The notes beneath the pieces are model-generated. The model saw nothing but the letters and a program-made list of their open reading frames with translations. It had not been told where the DNA came from and searched no databases. The position numbers and the translations under genes were made by a program. A stretch of 64,000 nt of DNA from a virus. Shown here piece by piece: positions 1 to 9,882 of the stretch (within the stretch, counting starts at the first letter, position 1; each line of letters starts with the position of its first letter). Location of the stretch: IMG/VR virus record IMGVR_UViG_3300025598_000020, one strand, 5' to 3'.

Positions 1-99
1 CGGTATTTTGAGCGGCGCTGTCGTGCACCCGTACAAAAGACTCAGGAACATCACACATATGGTCATCTTTAGTATTGATTTCAGCTGTAATTTTATCAT
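1..99 (-). CDS. Putative o-spanin lipoprotein (Rz1-like), nested out of frame in the i-spanin, partial
   Basis: MIKLQLKSILKMTICVMFLSLLYG-CTTAPLKIP: lipobox-like LYGC, GAGGTG Shine-Dalgarno upstream, different frame from 1..424. Confidence 0.7.
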   Translation of the reverse strand, partial: MIKLQLKSILKMTICVMFLSLLYGCTTAPLKIP

Positions 100-424
100 G
101 TACCACCTCAATTTCTTTTTGCTTTTCAATGAACTTTTGCACAACAACCTTAGTTATGACTTTTTGTTCTGTAACTATTTTCTCAACTTCATGTTTACCT
201 TCAATCAAAATATCTTGGCGGCCTTGCAACCAAAATCCAAGACCAACCAACACAAAACATAAAATTGTGATACCAAATCTATACAATATAGGTATTAATT
301 TACCGAATATGTGAGCCAATAAAAAAAGGGCAATGCCGAATCCAGCAATTGCCCATGGTACCCATGTTGGCAGTAATCCTAATGCATAATTTATAACATA
401 TTCAGGAGAGAACATATCAAACAT
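1..424 (-). CDS. Putative i-spanin (Rz-like inner-membrane protein), runs off the window edge
   Basis: Not in ORF track; hand translation MFDMFSPEYVINYALGLLPTWVPWAIAGFGIALFLL...GITILCFVLVGLGFWLQG...HMCDVPESFVRVHDSAA. N-terminal TM segments, charged helical region, late Cys; AAGGA RBS. Confidence 0.7.
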   Translation of the reverse strand, partial: MFDMFSPEYVINYALGLLPTWVPWAIAGFGIALFLLAHIFGKLIPILYRFGITILCFVLVGLGFWLQGRQDILIEGKHEVEKIVTEQKVITKVVVQKFIEKQKEIEVVHDKITAEINTKDDHMCDVPESFVRVHDSAAQNT

Positions 425-433
425 CTTATGTCC

Positions 434-646
434 TTAAATTTTTGGTGGTTTTCTTGAACCCATTTTCATCATTATAGGGTTATGTGCTTTCTTTTTTCTA
501 GGTAGATAAACACCAGGTTCTCCACCTTTGCCGCCTGTACCAGCAATAGCACCTGTACTGACTACGTTAGTTGGACCTGCTGAACCTACTGCACCAGCAC
601 CCATACCGTCTTCTTGTATGTTCATAAACTGTTTAAATTTAATCAT
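434..646 (-). CDS. Small hypothetical protein, possible internal head protein
   Basis: N-terminus MIKFKQFMNIQE resembles T4 capsid-targeting sequence; tightly packed in operon. Confidence 0.6.
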   Translation of the reverse strand: MIKFKQFMNIQEDGMGAGAVGSAGPTNVVSTGAIAGTGGKGGEPGVYLPRKKKAHNPIMMKMGSRKPPKI

Positions 647-896
647 CTATTTTCCTTGATATTTCGGCCAGTTTAGCAGACAACTCTTGTAACTCTTTTT
701 TGATATTTAACTTTTCTTCAGTTTCTTCGTGCATGTGCTTAAAATACTGAACTTGTCTTTCTCTTTTTTCAATGCCTGCTTTTGTGCTGGCAGTACCAAG
801 GTTTTTGCCAGTTTTCTTTGAAACCAATTTGTAACCACTGCCAGTTTTGACAATGTGTTCCTTAAAGGTTTTAAAAGTTTTCATCAGCAGTTCCAC
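639..896 (-). CDS. Small basic hypothetical protein, possible internal head protein (start may be MKTFKTF at 884)
   Basis: MKTFKTFKE motif; operon packing. Confidence 0.65.
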   Translation of the reverse strand: MELLMKTFKTFKEHIVKTGSGYKLVSKKTGKNLGTASTKAGIEKRERQVQYFKHMHEETEEKLNIKKELQELSAKLAEISRKIDD

Positions 897-1678
897 TTTC
901 TTAGTGCCAAGGCTTTACGAGTTGGTTTACCATTTGGCTTCTTCATTGGACCTTTCATGCCACCCATACGAGCACAGAAAGACTTTCTACGTTTTGCAGC
1001 TTTAGAACCTGGTTTTAGTTTTGATGGTGGTGTTGTTACTGCCATGCTCAACTTAGAACCTGGATGTTCTCTGCGATAAGAAGCAATACCCTTACGGTTC
1101 AAACCACCTTTGGGGTCTTTACCTGCACTTCTTTGCCATGCGGCCGACTCATACAATTCTTCATCCGATACGTCATCAAGGTCTTCCCAAATAACTTCCG
1201 GATCAATATTATTGGCTTCTGCAATTTCCATGACAAGTCCTTCAACTACATCGAACATTGCATCTGGATTGTGTTCTTCTTTAAGTTCACTACGCATGTA
1301 ATTGGCAACAGTCATGATGTAGTCTTCTGCTAATGTAATCTTAGATTCAACCCATTCTGGCAAATCTGTTTTCTCACCAATCAAGTCCATCATTTCTTGT
1401 GCATTATGCATGATGGTACGTAATTGGTTAACTGCCATGTATGGGTCAGCATATTCTGGATCTTTAGTTTCTTCTGTGACTTCTTCTTTGGTACTTCTCC
1501 AGCCACCACCCATTGCTTTATATTTTTTAGATGCCCAACCGTTAGCGTAAGCAGAAGGATAAACAGCAAACTTAGATTTAGCTGCAGCCTTAGCACGAGC
1601 CCATTTTTCTGGACTTGTTGGAACATTCTTTTCTTCTAAATCTACAACTTCTTCACGAAATGTTCTAAGTGTTTTCAT
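884..1678 (-). CDS. Modular basic hypothetical protein, possible internal head protein
   Basis: MKTLRTFREE N-terminus; modules YPSAYANGW, LPEWVESKIT..DY, RRKSFCARM separated by Glu-rich linkers. Confidence 0.75.
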   Translation of the reverse strand: MKTLRTFREEVVDLEEKNVPTSPEKWARAKAAAKSKFAVYPSAYANGWASKKYKAMGGGWRSTKEEVTEETKDPEYADPYMAVNQLRTIMHNAQEMMDLIGEKTDLPEWVESKITLAEDYIMTVANYMRSELKEEHNPDAMFDVVEGLVMEIAEANNIDPEVIWEDLDDVSDEELYESAAWQRSAGKDPKGGLNRKGIASYRREHPGSKLSMAVTTPPSKLKPGSKAAKRRKSFCARMGGMKGPMKKPNGKPTRKALALRKWNC

Positions 1679-2319
1679 TATTGTTCCCTTCTTCTTTCTG
1701 CATTACTTTTTCTTAATGGATGGTCAGGATTCTTATAAGGAGTTTTTCTCATTCCTTCTGAATCATAATTTCCTGATTTTTTCTTTGCTATTGCTGTGGC
1801 GGCCGCAATTGCTGCAGCAGCACTTTCTGTCTTAACATTTATAGGTGCACCACGGCGTTCTGGATTTGGATCCTCACGGCGTTTTCTTTGTGCAGCTTTT
1901 GCTCTACCTTCTTTACCGAGTGCGTTTGCTTTTGCTCTAGGTAGACATTTTGGTTTACCTTCACCTGGATCTCTGGCACAATGACCTTTGACATTACCTT
2001 TGGTGTCCATGCGAACCCAATCTTGCTTAAACCATTTGCGTAAGTCTTCATTAATCCAATCGTCTGGTGTTTTACCGTGTTTGGATTTAAAATCGTTGTG
2101 TAAGTCTTTACCTGTTATGCCATGGTTTTTTGATATCTTAGTCATCAATTCATCAATTGTGTGATAATCATGACTATCTAATTGTTTCAAACCATCTTCT
2201 AATTCTTTTACATGGTCTTCTTTGGTGCAGCTACCTGGAGAATATGGAGCTTTACCAGGTACTGGTCTGTAACCTGGCCAACATCTACTTTTTTCTCTAA
2301 TCTGTTTAAAAGTTTTCAT
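1678..2319 (-). CDS. Modular basic hypothetical protein, possible internal head protein
   Basis: MKTFKQIRE N-terminus; CWPGY and LRKWFKQDWV...KCLP modules. Confidence 0.75.
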   Translation of the reverse strand: MKTFKQIREKSRCWPGYRPVPGKAPYSPGSCTKEDHVKELEDGLKQLDSHDYHTIDELMTKISKNHGITGKDLHNDFKSKHGKTPDDWINEDLRKWFKQDWVRMDTKGNVKGHCARDPGEGKPKCLPRAKANALGKEGRAKAAQRKRREDPNPERRGAPINVKTESAAAAIAAATAIAKKKSGNYDSEGMRKTPYKNPDHPLRKSNAERRREQ

Positions 2320-2702
2320 ATCTTTCTCAGTATATCTGCAACTCTCATATCTACTGGAATAACATCTGTTGTTATATTCTTACCCCTAATACCATTAACA
2401 TTTTCTGGCAATATGTTCAAATAAAGCAAAAATGTCTTCAATACATCGTAATCCTTCTCATCGGTCCTAAAAAACAATATTCTTGCTGTAGCTTCAGGTC
2501 CAAAAACATTATTCAAAAGAATGATATGATTTAGAATCAATCTCTCTTTAAGACTTTTGGTAATTTTATACCTACGAAATAGTCTCTTGAGATACTTGGT
2601 TCTCTTCAAGTCTCCTTCAAATTCTGACATAAGGCAGTTTGGAGATGTATAACACTTTGCCGCATACATCACAAAATTATCTTCATTCAATTCATCAAAC
2701 AT
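2316..2702 (-). CDS. Conserved hypothetical protein of T4-like phages
   Basis: 128 aa, LKERLILNHIILLNNVFG motif familiar from environmental T4-like phages. Confidence 0.75.
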   Translation of the reverse strand: MFDELNEDNFVMYAAKCYTSPNCLMSEFEGDLKRTKYLKRLFRRYKITKSLKERLILNHIILLNNVFGPEATARILFFRTDEKDYDVLKTFLLYLNILPENVNGIRGKNITTDVIPVDMRVADILRKI

Positions 2703-2707
2703 AATGT

Positions 2708-2723
2708 TGGGGCCGAAGCCCCA
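2708..2723 (-). terminator. UUCG hairpin (terminator or processing/stability element)
   Basis: TGGGGC-TTCG-GCCCCA between two genes; no clear U-tract. Confidence 0.5.
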
Positions 2724-2729
2724 TCCTTA

Positions 2730-3356
2730 TTATAGACCAGTGAATGCTTGACCCCAGCTAGTATTAGCTGAGTTTGTATTTGCAGCAGTTGGGCTAGCCA
2801 AGGCAACTAATGTTTCTTTGATATAACGCACAGAACCATCATTGTTGGTTTTCTTTTGAATGTGAACCCAACCAGGAACAACATCACCTAAGGCAACAGT
2901 ATTGTTTGCCAAACGTGTTGGTGTAACTAAAATTGTATCTGCACCATATGTTTTGGTCATTGTTTTGTTTGTGTTATAAACAATACCTTTATCAAACTCA
3001 ACACCAAAACCAGCACTTACAGTATTAAATAAAGCTGGTGTTAGTGTAACTGTGTTGCCACTTATAGAAGCAACAGTTGTGTTCGAAGCAAAGAAACCGG
3101 GAATACCATTGCCTGCTTGGCCACCTTTGTTATCACCAAATCCGTTGGCCCAGAAATAAACGTATTGACCGGCAGTAATACCGATGTTTGCTACGTTATT
3201 TGCGCCGCCATCCAAATAATTGATACTGATGATGGTATTTCCTGAAGTGTTACCTGCAAAAACAGTTGCTTGAACATTTTCTCTGGTGACTCTTACAGTA
3301 TCCCATTTTGGTTTGCCTTGGTTACTATTTGCGTCTGTATTTTTCCACGATGACAT
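2730..3356 (-). CDS. Hypothetical virion structural protein
   Basis: Asn/Thr/Gly-rich beta-type composition, PGWV...ETLVA C-terminal motif, TAAATA and AAGGAG upstream. Confidence 0.65.
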   Translation of the reverse strand: MSSWKNTDANSNQGKPKWDTVRVTRENVQATVFAGNTSGNTIISINYLDGGANNVANIGITAGQYVYFWANGFGDNKGGQAGNGIPGFFASNTTVASISGNTVTLTPALFNTVSAGFGVEFDKGIVYNTNKTMTKTYGADTILVTPTRLANNTVALGDVVPGWVHIQKKTNNDGSVRYIKETLVALASPTAANTNSANTSWGQAFTGL

Positions 3357-3392
3357 TTTTATCTCCTTAAAGGGTAATCTATCTATTTATTG

Positions 3393-4226
3393 TTATTGTT
3401 TTTTGCCTGTATTTGTGGCAATATAGTCTGGTTGTTTACTACGATTTTTCAACATTGGGTCAATTTCAATCGTATCTCGTTTCTCACCAGTTAAAGTTGT
3501 ACCACCTTTAAGGATCATACGAGCATTGGTTCCCTTTTCATCACTATCATTCACCTCAGTCTTTTTAATGACTTTTGGTTGTTTAACATCGGTACCTGGA
3601 CCTTTGTCATCCTTTTCGTGGTCATACAAGTCTTCTTTTAGTCTATGTTTTGCATAGATTTCTTTGACCATTTTAGCAGCTTTTGTTCTTTTTGGTGAAG
3701 CAACATCATTGGTAGTGTTAGCACCATCAAAAGGAGATTGTGTCGCACATTGTGGATCGTTGATATTGTCTTCTTTTTGCATTGTATGTTTCATACTTCC
3801 TGCTGGTGTTGGTACCGCATAGTGTGAAGCTGCTTTGTCTAGTTGACGTTTTCTTTTCAAAGTCGGAGACTTGGAAATTTCAGAACGAGTTTCTGGAGCT
3901 CCAGTATGTGGGCCATTATACTTTGTTGTCAAATCCTCATTGACTTCATCTTCTTCATAAATTCCATGGTCACGTTTCCATTTTTCATATTCGCCTTTTT
4001 TAGATTGTGCAACTCTTTGGTTCTTACTGACATAATCAATGTTGTAACCTTTAGATTTGTAGAATCTTGAAAGTAAGTCTGCACGGCGAGATGTGACATT
4101 TTCAGGCAAACCAATGCCACCACCATCACCTGTGGTGGACCATTGGTCCCATGGATTTTTTCCAAAAGATGGTTTGACTTCAGTCTTTTTGACGATGCCT
4201 TTAACCAACTCTTTTGCTTTAGTCAT
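3393..4226 (-). CDS. Hypothetical charged protein
   Basis: 277 aa ORF overlapping the upstream gene's stop. Confidence 0.7.
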   Translation of the reverse strand: MTKAKELVKGIVKKTEVKPSFGKNPWDQWSTTGDGGGIGLPENVTSRRADLLSRFYKSKGYNIDYVSKNQRVAQSKKGEYEKWKRDHGIYEEDEVNEDLTTKYNGPHTGAPETRSEISKSPTLKRKRQLDKAASHYAVPTPAGSMKHTMQKEDNINDPQCATQSPFDGANTTNDVASPKRTKAAKMVKEIYAKHRLKEDLYDHEKDDKGPGTDVKQPKVIKKTEVNDSDEKGTNARMILKGGTTLTGEKRDTIEIDPMLKNRSKQPDYIATNTGKKQ

Positions 4227-5670
4227 CTTTCTTTTCCTCAGAAGTACCTAATTTACCCATCATAGTTTCGTTTCTAATCTTTTTGAAAGATTTACGAGCC
4301 AACTCTTTTGCAACTTCCATTGGTGAAGTTTTTTCTTCTTCTTCAACATTCAACTTAACTTTGTAAGAAAGTGGTTGATTGTGGTAATCAGCATGAACTT
4401 TTTGGCGACCTTTTAATGTGTCAACAGTTTTGGTTTTCATGTTTTCACCTGGATCAATACGAACATCATCCTCTTCACTCATTGTGCTAATGCCGCCAAT
4501 GTCTTCTTTTTTAGTTTTTTTTACATTCATTTTATGGGCTTCTTCATGGTGCATACCCATTTCTTCCATTTCCATGCAATGTCCTTCATGGCAGTCACAT
4601 AGATGTTTTTCTGCTTCTTCACAGGTTTTGTGACCAATCATTTCTTTCATTGTTGGGTGGTGAATGTAAGCCCATTTTGTTTTTCCAGTATGTCTGCCAG
4701 AAGAACTAATATCATGGTACTCATGGATTTCACCAATCTTTTTACCCTTGTGATATGCATGTAATACCTGAATCGTATCAGGATGGTGATGCATTCCATG
4801 TTCTCTCTTATATTCTAACTCTTCTTGTAAGTTAGCAAACTCTTCTTTCATGGCTTGCTTAGTAGCAGTAGCATACATTACATTCTTTGCACGGTCACCA
4901 TAACGGTCTTTGAAACCAGCCATGCCTTTTTTCATAGACATAACAATCTTTTCACGTTTTTCTTTTTCAGAAGGAGTCATGTGACGTTCTTCATCAAGGT
5001 CAGTTTCTTTATGACCTTTGTGCATTGATTTTTCGTGTTTGTGAACTTCTTTATCAGCAATTTTCTTTGCTTCTGGTTTAGTTACATACTTTCCAGTTTC
5101 TTCACCCATTGAATGTTTAGACAAATGAGTTTCTTTTTCTTCTTCTTTCTTCAAAGCAGAAGGTTTGACCATTTTCTTGACAAGTGCTTTATCTTCTTTC
5201 TCGTCAGGATGGTCTTCTTCTTTCATTGCTTTCTTGGTGTATACATCACCAGTAGAAGTCTTTTTGTGTTCATGGCCAGTCAATTCGCCTTTTTTCTTAG
5301 GCATTTGACTCATGTATTTGCCTTTTAAAACATCAAAAGGATTAGATGATTTTTTCATTTCATCTTCTTCTCTAACGTCAGCTGAATGTCCAGACGCTGC
5401 GGCTTTGTCATCTCTTTTTTTGTAAATCTGGCCGCCAATTTTTTCTGGAGGAACCATGCCTTCTGCGTGTGGTTTTGCTGTAACAGGATATTTCTTACCT
5501 TGGAATTCAAAGTGAGATTGTCCTGCTTTCTTAGCAGCATGAGCAGCCATATGAAAACCAGTCTCATCTAGTTCTGGTTCTAAAAGCATCTTTTTCTTCT
5601 TTTCGTCTGCTTCCAAGATTGATTTTGTTACGTCAATCAAGGCTTGTGACACTAGAGATTTGGTAAACAT
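4219..5670 (-). CDS. Lys/Glu/His/Met-rich low-complexity protein, possible internal head or core protein
   Basis: 483 aa, repeated MKEE motifs, NVMYATATKQA module. Confidence 0.7.
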   Translation of the reverse strand: MFTKSLVSQALIDVTKSILEADEKKKKMLLEPELDETGFHMAAHAAKKAGQSHFEFQGKKYPVTAKPHAEGMVPPEKIGGQIYKKRDDKAAASGHSADVREEDEMKKSSNPFDVLKGKYMSQMPKKKGELTGHEHKKTSTGDVYTKKAMKEEDHPDEKEDKALVKKMVKPSALKKEEEKETHLSKHSMGEETGKYVTKPEAKKIADKEVHKHEKSMHKGHKETDLDEERHMTPSEKEKREKIVMSMKKGMAGFKDRYGDRAKNVMYATATKQAMKEEFANLQEELEYKREHGMHHHPDTIQVLHAYHKGKKIGEIHEYHDISSSGRHTGKTKWAYIHHPTMKEMIGHKTCEEAEKHLCDCHEGHCMEMEEMGMHHEEAHKMNVKKTKKEDIGGISTMSEEDDVRIDPGENMKTKTVDTLKGRQKVHADYHNQPLSYKVKLNVEEEEKTSPMEVAKELARKSFKKIRNETMMGKLGTSEEKKDD

Positions 5671-7473
5671 TTATTTTACTCCTGTTTTCTTCTTTTTGAT
5701 TGTTATACCCGATTGGCCAAATTTTTCAGATGGCTTAACGAAGTCTTCCTTATTACTAGCACCACCAAGAGTGCCACCTACACCAGAATCTCCTTGACCA
5801 AAATCAAAGATTGATTCCTTAAACTTTTTTAATTTCTTATTTTTTTCAGCTAACGGGTTGGGGTTAACACCTCTTGGTTTACCCGCATAATCTGCAACAT
5901 CATCATTACTGTATTCTGTTTCTTCACGGTATGTAGAATCTCCTAAACCTGCGCCAGCAGAAGCACTTGTTCCTGCTGCTCTTGAATTCATTGTTTGGCC
6001 AATACCATCGACACTGCCTAATTTTGCAGAATTTAAAGAACGGTCACCCAATTTTTTTCTTCTGACACTATCAGCATCTTTGTTGAAATTTGCCACTTTA
6101 GGTTCTGGCATTTTAATCATTTTTTGTGCATCTTCTGTATATGTATTACCTCCGCCAATTTTAGGCATGTAATCACTATTTTGTTTGATATCACCATCTC
6201 TAACATCATCTCTACGACCTAATTTTGCAGCAAATTGCATAACAGGACTATTGTTGTCCTTCAGTACATTCAAACCTCTGTCTTTTAGATTTGATTTCTG
6301 AATAGATTTTGCACCTTCATAAATTTGTAAAAATCTATTGGAACTTGTATAATGAATAGAACCATTGTCCAAAAACTTTGTTGTTTCTGTGAATAGTTCA
6401 GAGATATCACTAACTTTATCTTCTAGATTTCCAGTGTTATCAAAACGAGAGAAACTTTCAAATAATTCCGAAAAATGTGCAATATTCTTTTGTGCTTCTG
6501 TCCAACGAGCGTGACGAGTTGATTCAACCATCATTCTGGACAATAATGTGTTTCTTTCTTGGCTTACTTTGTCGGTTGTATCAACAAAAACCATCATGGT
6601 GTTATAACCCAATTCTTCCAATTCTTCTTTGATTTGGGAAATCTTTTCATAATCATCGGCAGGTCCATTAATAATAAGTGGACCACGTTGACGAATTGCT
6701 TCCATCTTAGGATTCATAGAACGCATAGCCAACTTGTGCTTGTCGTTCATGATATCCATAACTTGTTGGAAGTTCAACTCCACAATGTTTTGTTCTGCGA
6801 TACACTCACGAATAACAACGTCTTTACCAGAACCAGGACCACCAGTAACAAAGATGGCTTTACCTTGTCCACGATTGGTAGATTCATGTAGGCCCATACC
6901 TTTAGTTACATCGTGGAACAATTCTGTTGCATGTTCCGGATGTTTTTGTATGTTTGATGGTAGATTCTTTTTGAATTCTTTAAAGTTACCATTTTTAACG
7001 TGGTTACGCATATCGGTACCAGAAATACCTTGTTTACGTTCACCTGTTGATTGTTGTTCAATGTGGTCAAACTTAAAGTAACCATGGCGGCCTTCTACAC
7101 CATTATACTTTTTCAACAAGTGATAATTTGCTGAGGCGTCTTCACCAGAAGCAACGATAGCATGATTGTAACCTTTTTTGTGCATTTCTGCCGCATGATG
7201 TAATAGACCAGGTGCTTCTTTTGATGCTGGAACAATATTTGCATCTGGAAAAGCACGTTTGATGTGCTTCATTTTTGTTTTGATATCTAACGGATTCTTT
7301 TTGGCATCATGAGCGTGCGAAGCCACAATAATGTGGTCAGCATTATTTTTCTTGGCCAAAGCTTGAATGCCTTTGACATTTTCCTCATGACCCTTAGTAG
7401 GTGGGTTCATGCGGCCAATTGCCATGACAATCGACTTGGTCTTTTCTTCTACTAATTGTCTAAATGATTTCAT
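5671..7473 (-). CDS. Cytidylyltransferase-like (HxGH family) domain fused to a P-loop kinase-like domain
   Basis: GRMNPPTKGH and ISGTDMR motifs; Walker A GGPGSGKD; N-terminus MKSFRQLVEE. Confidence 0.8.
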   Translation of the reverse strand: MKSFRQLVEEKTKSIVMAIGRMNPPTKGHEENVKGIQALAKKNNADHIIVASHAHDAKKNPLDIKTKMKHIKRAFPDANIVPASKEAPGLLHHAAEMHKKGYNHAIVASGEDASANYHLLKKYNGVEGRHGYFKFDHIEQQSTGERKQGISGTDMRNHVKNGNFKEFKKNLPSNIQKHPEHATELFHDVTKGMGLHESTNRGQGKAIFVTGGPGSGKDVVIRECIAEQNIVELNFQQVMDIMNDKHKLAMRSMNPKMEAIRQRGPLIINGPADDYEKISQIKEELEELGYNTMMVFVDTTDKVSQERNTLLSRMMVESTRHARWTEAQKNIAHFSELFESFSRFDNTGNLEDKVSDISELFTETTKFLDNGSIHYTSSNRFLQIYEGAKSIQKSNLKDRGLNVLKDNNSPVMQFAAKLGRRDDVRDGDIKQNSDYMPKIGGGNTYTEDAQKMIKMPEPKVANFNKDADSVRRKKLGDRSLNSAKLGSVDGIGQTMNSRAAGTSASAGAGLGDSTYREETEYSNDDVADYAGKPRGVNPNPLAEKNKKLKKFKESIFDFGQGDSGVGGTLGGASNKEDFVKPSEKFGQSGITIKKKKTGVK

Positions 7474-8648
7474 CGTGGTCTTGCCAAAAAGTTAAGTCTA
7501 TTGAATTCTTGTCTATCGTTTAGTTTAGATACTCTACCTTTGTGTGTTGCAACAAAACCTTCTGGTTTAACTGATGCATCACCAACTGTATGTTCTAAAC
7601 CACCTGTATGTCTAGCCAATACATGAACCAAAGAATCTTTGGCTTTCTGTAAATGGTTGTGCATTTTGAAGAAATTTTCATAATGTTGAGTATTATTATC
7701 TATGTGTTCAATGTGAGCTTTCTTTTCTGCTTCTTTTCTAGCAATTGCCGCAGGTGTTTTGACCTTTGCAATGTCTTTGTCATATTTTGTTTCAATAGAT
7801 TTTTTGAGTCCAGCAACGCTTGGTTTCTCACCAGTTCTGATAGTCTGGTTAATATGTGTCTCTATAGGACCACCAGCATTACGGTGTGGTTCTGTTGCTG
7901 TATACATTTGTTTACCATGTAGGTCATGTAATGCTTGTGCTGATGCCAAATGGTGATGAAATTGGTCATCATCATGTTTTGACATCATAACTTTAGATGT
8001 GTCGTGACCAGGTTCTCTGTGGTACACATCTGCATGGTTTTTAAATCCAGACAAATCTGGATGAAAGTCAGCCTTCATATCCGCTAAAGTTTTTCCATGG
8101 TATTGTGTATGTGTGTATACACCAATCTTGGCTTTACGAATTTTCTTACCTTCTTCTGAGTCTTTAGGTGCAGAATAGTTAATTGTATTTGGTTTGAAAT
8201 GAACTCTACCATCATGTTCAGTCTTATCACCATGGCCGAACATCATATCACCTTGATAAACACCAGTTTTTGGTGCAACTTTTGGTAAATGATGCAATGC
8301 GTCTTTTAGTTTGGCCACAAGACCTGGTGCATGGCCATGGTTCATTTCAATGTCTTTATCCGAGTAATTAACTTTTGGATTTACATTAAATGCAGATTTG
8401 GATGCCACAAAGAACTTACCTGTCTCTGGATGATGACCATAAACAATACTTGGTGAACCATCATGTTTCATTGTCAAAGTAGGATCATTCTTACCTGCTT
8501 TGATATGTTTTCTCACTTGATTCAACACTCCAACTGCGTGATTAAAGCCTTCCGCACCATCATGGATGGCATGGTCTTCCACATGCGTGATGTGTTTTAG
8601 CTTGGACTCGTCAGCTTCCTCTTTGAGGAGGGATTTGAAACTTCTCAT
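7470..8648 (-). CDS. Ligase-like covalent nucleotidyltransferase-fold protein (DUF6267-like)
   Basis: KHDGS (motif I KxDG), YQGD, PEGFV, SKL motifs; N-terminus MRSFKSLLKEE. Confidence 0.65.
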   Translation of the reverse strand: MRSFKSLLKEEADESKLKHITHVEDHAIHDGAEGFNHAVGVLNQVRKHIKAGKNDPTLTMKHDGSPSIVYGHHPETGKFFVASKSAFNVNPKVNYSDKDIEMNHGHAPGLVAKLKDALHHLPKVAPKTGVYQGDMMFGHGDKTEHDGRVHFKPNTINYSAPKDSEEGKKIRKAKIGVYTHTQYHGKTLADMKADFHPDLSGFKNHADVYHREPGHDTSKVMMSKHDDDQFHHHLASAQALHDLHGKQMYTATEPHRNAGGPIETHINQTIRTGEKPSVAGLKKSIETKYDKDIAKVKTPAAIARKEAEKKAHIEHIDNNTQHYENFFKMHNHLQKAKDSLVHVLARHTGGLEHTVGDASVKPEGFVATHKGRVSKLNDRQEFNRLNFLARPR

Positions 8649-8690
8649 GTTTACCTTTAGACTTGCAATACACTATGATTGCCATGAAGT

Positions 8691-8698
8691 TATTTATA
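8691..8698 (-). promoter_or_regulatory. T4-type late promoter TATAAATA
   Basis: Exact consensus 43 nt upstream of the 8648 start; gp55 is encoded in the window. Confidence 0.8.
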
Positions 8699-8750
8699 TA
8701 ACTTTTTAGTTTGTATACCCAAACGTGGAGAGTTTGGGTTCGATACATAG

Positions 8751-9437
8751 TCAATATTTTTCGACTTGACCGTTACCAGCTAACCAACCAGTACAATGAA
8801 TTGTATCAAATTCTACCAAATATTCTTTTGGAATGTTGACAAAATGAGCATGTTCGAAATCCATGAATGTAAATAGTGGCAAGTTTTTCTGTGTTACTTC
8901 TAAGTAATTATCAATTAATGATGGGCAAAAAGAAAACATTCTGGTGATTAGAAGGTCTGTTGCACCATGTGTTACTTGCGACATCCATGTTGGAATACGT
9001 TTTTTGAACACGTATTTACCAAACATGTCATCATACTCATTAATATTAAAACCATCTTCCAAGACAGAACGACCAGATATCTTAAAGATTCTTTTTACAT
9101 CTTTTAGAATTGGTTGTTGTTTTAGTAAGATGAATGCGTTGAATAACAAAGCACTCTCAGCCCAAGATTGCATACCTTTAGAAGAATATTCATTTACTTG
9201 TGGTACTTTATTCATATCCATGAAATAGTTACATTTAGAATAAAGTAATTCTAATTCTTCTGTTGTGAAAGTAATCACGGATGCATCAGCCAAAATAATG
9301 ATGGCTTCCGGAACTTTACTTCTGATGGAATCCAAAGTTATAATAGTTTGTTCAAATCTTTGTTGGTGATTCCAAAACCTAGTATTCAGTGATTTGATTG
9401 CTGAAGTTACAAAAAATAGGTTTTTATTTGGTATCAT
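8751..9437 (-). CDS. Hypothetical protein, glycosyltransferase-like
   Basis: FFVTSAI...IFKISGR pattern; glycan island context. Confidence 0.55.
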   Translation of the reverse strand: MIPNKNLFFVTSAIKSLNTRFWNHQQRFEQTIITLDSIRSKVPEAIIILADASVITFTTEELELLYSKCNYFMDMNKVPQVNEYSSKGMQSWAESALLFNAFILLKQQPILKDVKRIFKISGRSVLEDGFNINEYDDMFGKYVFKKRIPTWMSQVTHGATDLLITRMFSFCPSLIDNYLEVTQKNLPLFTFMDFEHAHFVNIPKEYLVEFDTIHCTGWLAGNGQVEKY

Positions 9438-9882
9438 ATTTGTTTCTTAATTTTTCCACATAGTCACTACAAATTCCATAGACACCATTATACTCTTTTT
9501 CCAAGTCTTTGTCAAATCTTTCCGGCATAACTATGATACTACGTTCTGTAGTTTCTTTTCCTGGATATGTCCAGATATAGTTATGGCTAGTTAATGTGAA
9601 ATCATCTTCTTGGTGCCAAAAATATTGCATATAAATTCTTGTGGTTAACCACTTTAAAGCCTCAAGGTTTTTGGCATGAATCCATAGACCAGTTTTTTGT
9701 AACCATCTTTCATTAATTGCATATTCAGGTTTATTGTGGCCAAGATAGAAAACGGAATCAACCAACCATAAGTCAACTTCACAATCATATCCTTCTGCCA
9801 AAGACTTTTCTATTTGTTCGGGTTTGTTTTCTAGGTTAAAATTTGGACCTTGTGTTAAACCTCTATGTGCAATAAATTTCAT
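9424..9882 (-). CDS. Glycerophosphodiester phosphodiesterase-like protein
   Basis: IAHRG, EN, EVDLW, GICSD motifs. Confidence 0.75.
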   Translation of the reverse strand: MKFIAHRGLTQGPNFNLENKPEQIEKSLAEGYDCEVDLWLVDSVFYLGHNKPEYAINERWLQKTGLWIHAKNLEALKWLTTRIYMQYFWHQEDDFTLTSHNYIWTYPGKETTERSIIVMPERFDKDLEKEYNGVYGICSDYVEKLRNKYDTK

